The notes beneath the pieces are model-generated. The model saw only the letters and a list, made by a program, of their open reading frames with translations. It was not told the DNA's origin and ran no database searches. From positions 3,408 through 67,407 of the forward strand of contig JANQQE010000007.1 in assembly GCA_028285105.1 (NCBI GenBank): 64,000 bases of DNA, written 5' to 3'. Positions 62,919-64,000 of the stretch are shown here, piece by piece (positions within the stretch are counted from its first letter, which is position 1; each line of letters opens with the position of its first letter). Both the position numbers and the translations under genes were made by a program. The stretch is from Alphaproteobacteria bacterium. Lineage in GTDB: Bacteria; Planctomycetota; Phycisphaerae; UBA1845.

Positions 62919-63114
62919 CGGTGTATTCTTTAACGTCGATCTTGTCTTCGTTGATTTCCTTCACGACGACTTCGATGTCGGTCAGCCCCTTGGTCTCGAC
63001 CATCGGACGAGCGCCCTGTAACAACTCGACGAGGCGACGCTGAATCAGCGCGGTCAGACGAAACCGCCCGCCGACCTTGGCAATCAACTCATCACTCTTT
63101 AATCCATCAATCAT
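62887..63114 (-). CDS. rpoZ: DNA-directed RNA polymerase omega subunit
   Basis: 75 aa. VGGRFRLTALIQRRLVELLQGARPMV matches the omega core (RFxLxxxxxxRxxxL). The position between gmk and coaC is the conserved gmk-rpoZ arrangement. Confidence 0.85.
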   Translation of the reverse strand: MIDGLKSDELIAKVGGRFRLTALIQRRLVELLQGARPMVETKGLTDIEVVVKEINEDKIDVKEYTDDVEDEDGGA

Positions 63115-63185
63115 CTCTGTACCTCGAACAATTTCTGCAACCGTGTACCTGCGTTACGTTTTATTTCGATTCACTGCCCAGTGAT

Positions 63186-63785
63186 TCATTGCCCCGTAAT
63201 GATGCCAATGATCTCATTGACTGTATCATCGAGCACGTCATTCGTCACAAAATGCTGATAGCTACCCGAGTCCCGCGCGATCGCGATCTCTCCGTCGGCT
63301 TTTTCCAACCGGCGGGCCATGATGTCTGCCGACTCGGTCTTTCGCCCCTCCAGCCTGGCTTTGAGCGATTCAAAATCGGGCGGCAACACGAAAATCCGGC
63401 ACGACTCGGGCATATGTTTGGCGATCTGCATCCCGCCTTGTACGTCGATCTCGGTGATAACGATCTTGCCTTCTTCGATCCACCGTTTCACCGGACCTGC
63501 CGGTGTGCCGTACCAATGCCCGCAATACTCTGCGGACTCAAGAAACTCGCCGTTCGCACGGCGACGCTCGAAATCGTCCGGTTCAATATATTCGTAGCTC
63601 GACCCCTCAGCCTCCCCACCGCGAAGCGGACGCGTGGTGGCGGACACACTCCAAACCGCCTGCGGCAACCGCTCCAGCAAGAGGTTGCAAATCGAAGTCT
63701 TTCCCGTTCCGGACGGTCCGCTGATGACCACAAGGTTACCTTTACCAGTCGCGATTTCGGGGTTCGACTGGGCACTACTCAACAT
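63186..63785 (-). CDS. gmk: Guanylate kinase
   Basis: The sequence VVISGPSGTGKTSI (P-loop)...VSATTRPLRGGEAEGSSYEYI...FLESAEYCGHWYGTP is canonical Gmk. Confidence 0.9.
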   Translation of the reverse strand: MLSSAQSNPEIATGKGNLVVISGPSGTGKTSICNLLLERLPQAVWSVSATTRPLRGGEAEGSSYEYIEPDDFERRRANGEFLESAEYCGHWYGTPAGPVKRWIEEGKIVITEIDVQGGMQIAKHMPESCRIFVLPPDFESLKARLEGRKTESADIMARRLEKADGEIAIARDSGSYQHFVTNDVLDDTVNEIIGIITGQ

Positions 63786-64000
63786 TCTGAATCTGCTCCT
63801 TCAATCGATCAATCCCGCTCTTAATGTTCACCACGTCTTTTGCGATCGTCGCGTCGTTGCTCTTGCTGCCGATGGTGTTGGTTTCGCGAAGCATTTCCTG
63901 CGCCAGAAAATCCAACTTTCGGCCAACCGATCCACCTTCGTCGCACAGTTTGATAAACTGAGTCAAATGCGATTCCAAACGTGAAGTCTCTTCGCTGATG
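63775..64000 (-). CDS. yicC: YicC-family protein, C-terminal part; gene runs off the right edge
   Basis: GRKLDFLAQEMLRETNTIGSKSNDATIAKDVVNIKSGIDRLKEQIQNVE matches the YicC C-terminal consensus (EMxREINTIGSKxxD...REQVQNIE). The frame stays open to position 64000. It overlaps the gmk start by 11 nt. Confidence 0.8.
   Translation of the reverse strand, partial: ISEETSRLESHLTQFIKLCDEGGSVGRKLDFLAQEMLRETNTIGSKSNDATIAKDVVNIKSGIDRLKEQIQNVE

Noticed and set aside
1-64000. Search for tRNA, rRNA, tmRNA, CRISPR arrays, transposases, integrases and phage genes
   Set aside because: I saw no cloverleaf-like sequence, no regularly spaced direct repeats, and no DDE, tyrosine or serine recombinase-like translations in any intergenic region or ORF. 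A tRNAscan or Infernal run would be needed to be certain for small RNAs.

Overview
This is a 64-kb, moderately GC-rich, almost fully coding chromosomal segment. I found no rRNA, tRNA, CRISPR array, transposase or integrase. The gene content suggests a Planctomycetota-like genome. That is an inference from a 59-aa Hc1-type histone-like protein, a GH57/glycosyltransferase glycogen pair, many lipoproteins, and giant Cys-rich exoproteins with dockerin-like modules. The flanks (1-34 kb and 58-64 kb) are mostly housekeeping: purC (partial), a 2-hydroxyacid dehydrogenase, holA, a cystathionine gamma-family PLP enzyme, rmuC, HU/IHF, a PHP histidinol phosphatase, a diadenylate cyclase, purL/purQ, an NhaC antiporter, GH57 plus a glycogen-synthase-like GT, coaC/coaB, rpoZ, gmk and yicC (partial). 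The flanks also hold large GT-C membrane glycosyltransferases and a few orphan genes. The centre (about 34.2-57.6 kb) is an accessory cell-surface/exoprotein island. It carries two paralogous giant secreted proteins (1879 and 2000 aa), each built from metallophosphoesterase, LamG or lectin-like, duplicated beta-sandwich, Cys-rich linker and C-terminal TSP3/dockerin-like modules, with a TPR gene between them. The island also holds a metzincin lipoprotein, an orphan lipoprotein, a beta-propeller protein, an ABC ATPase with an atypical membrane partner, an InlB-B-repeat protein, and an 898-aa RTX-like lipoprotein on a Cys-rich stalk. This island is my best candidate for an undescribed system. Other points worth a second look are a PurS-PurS-PurL fusion, a PYK-like-domain (DacZ-type) diadenylate cyclase, a tandem GT-C fusion, coaC/coaB split by two in-frame stops, an inverted pair of GC-rich palindromic (REP/MITE-like) units, and Cys-containing tripartite C-terminal tails on two surface proteins. 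All family calls come from reading the translations by eye. No database search was run.
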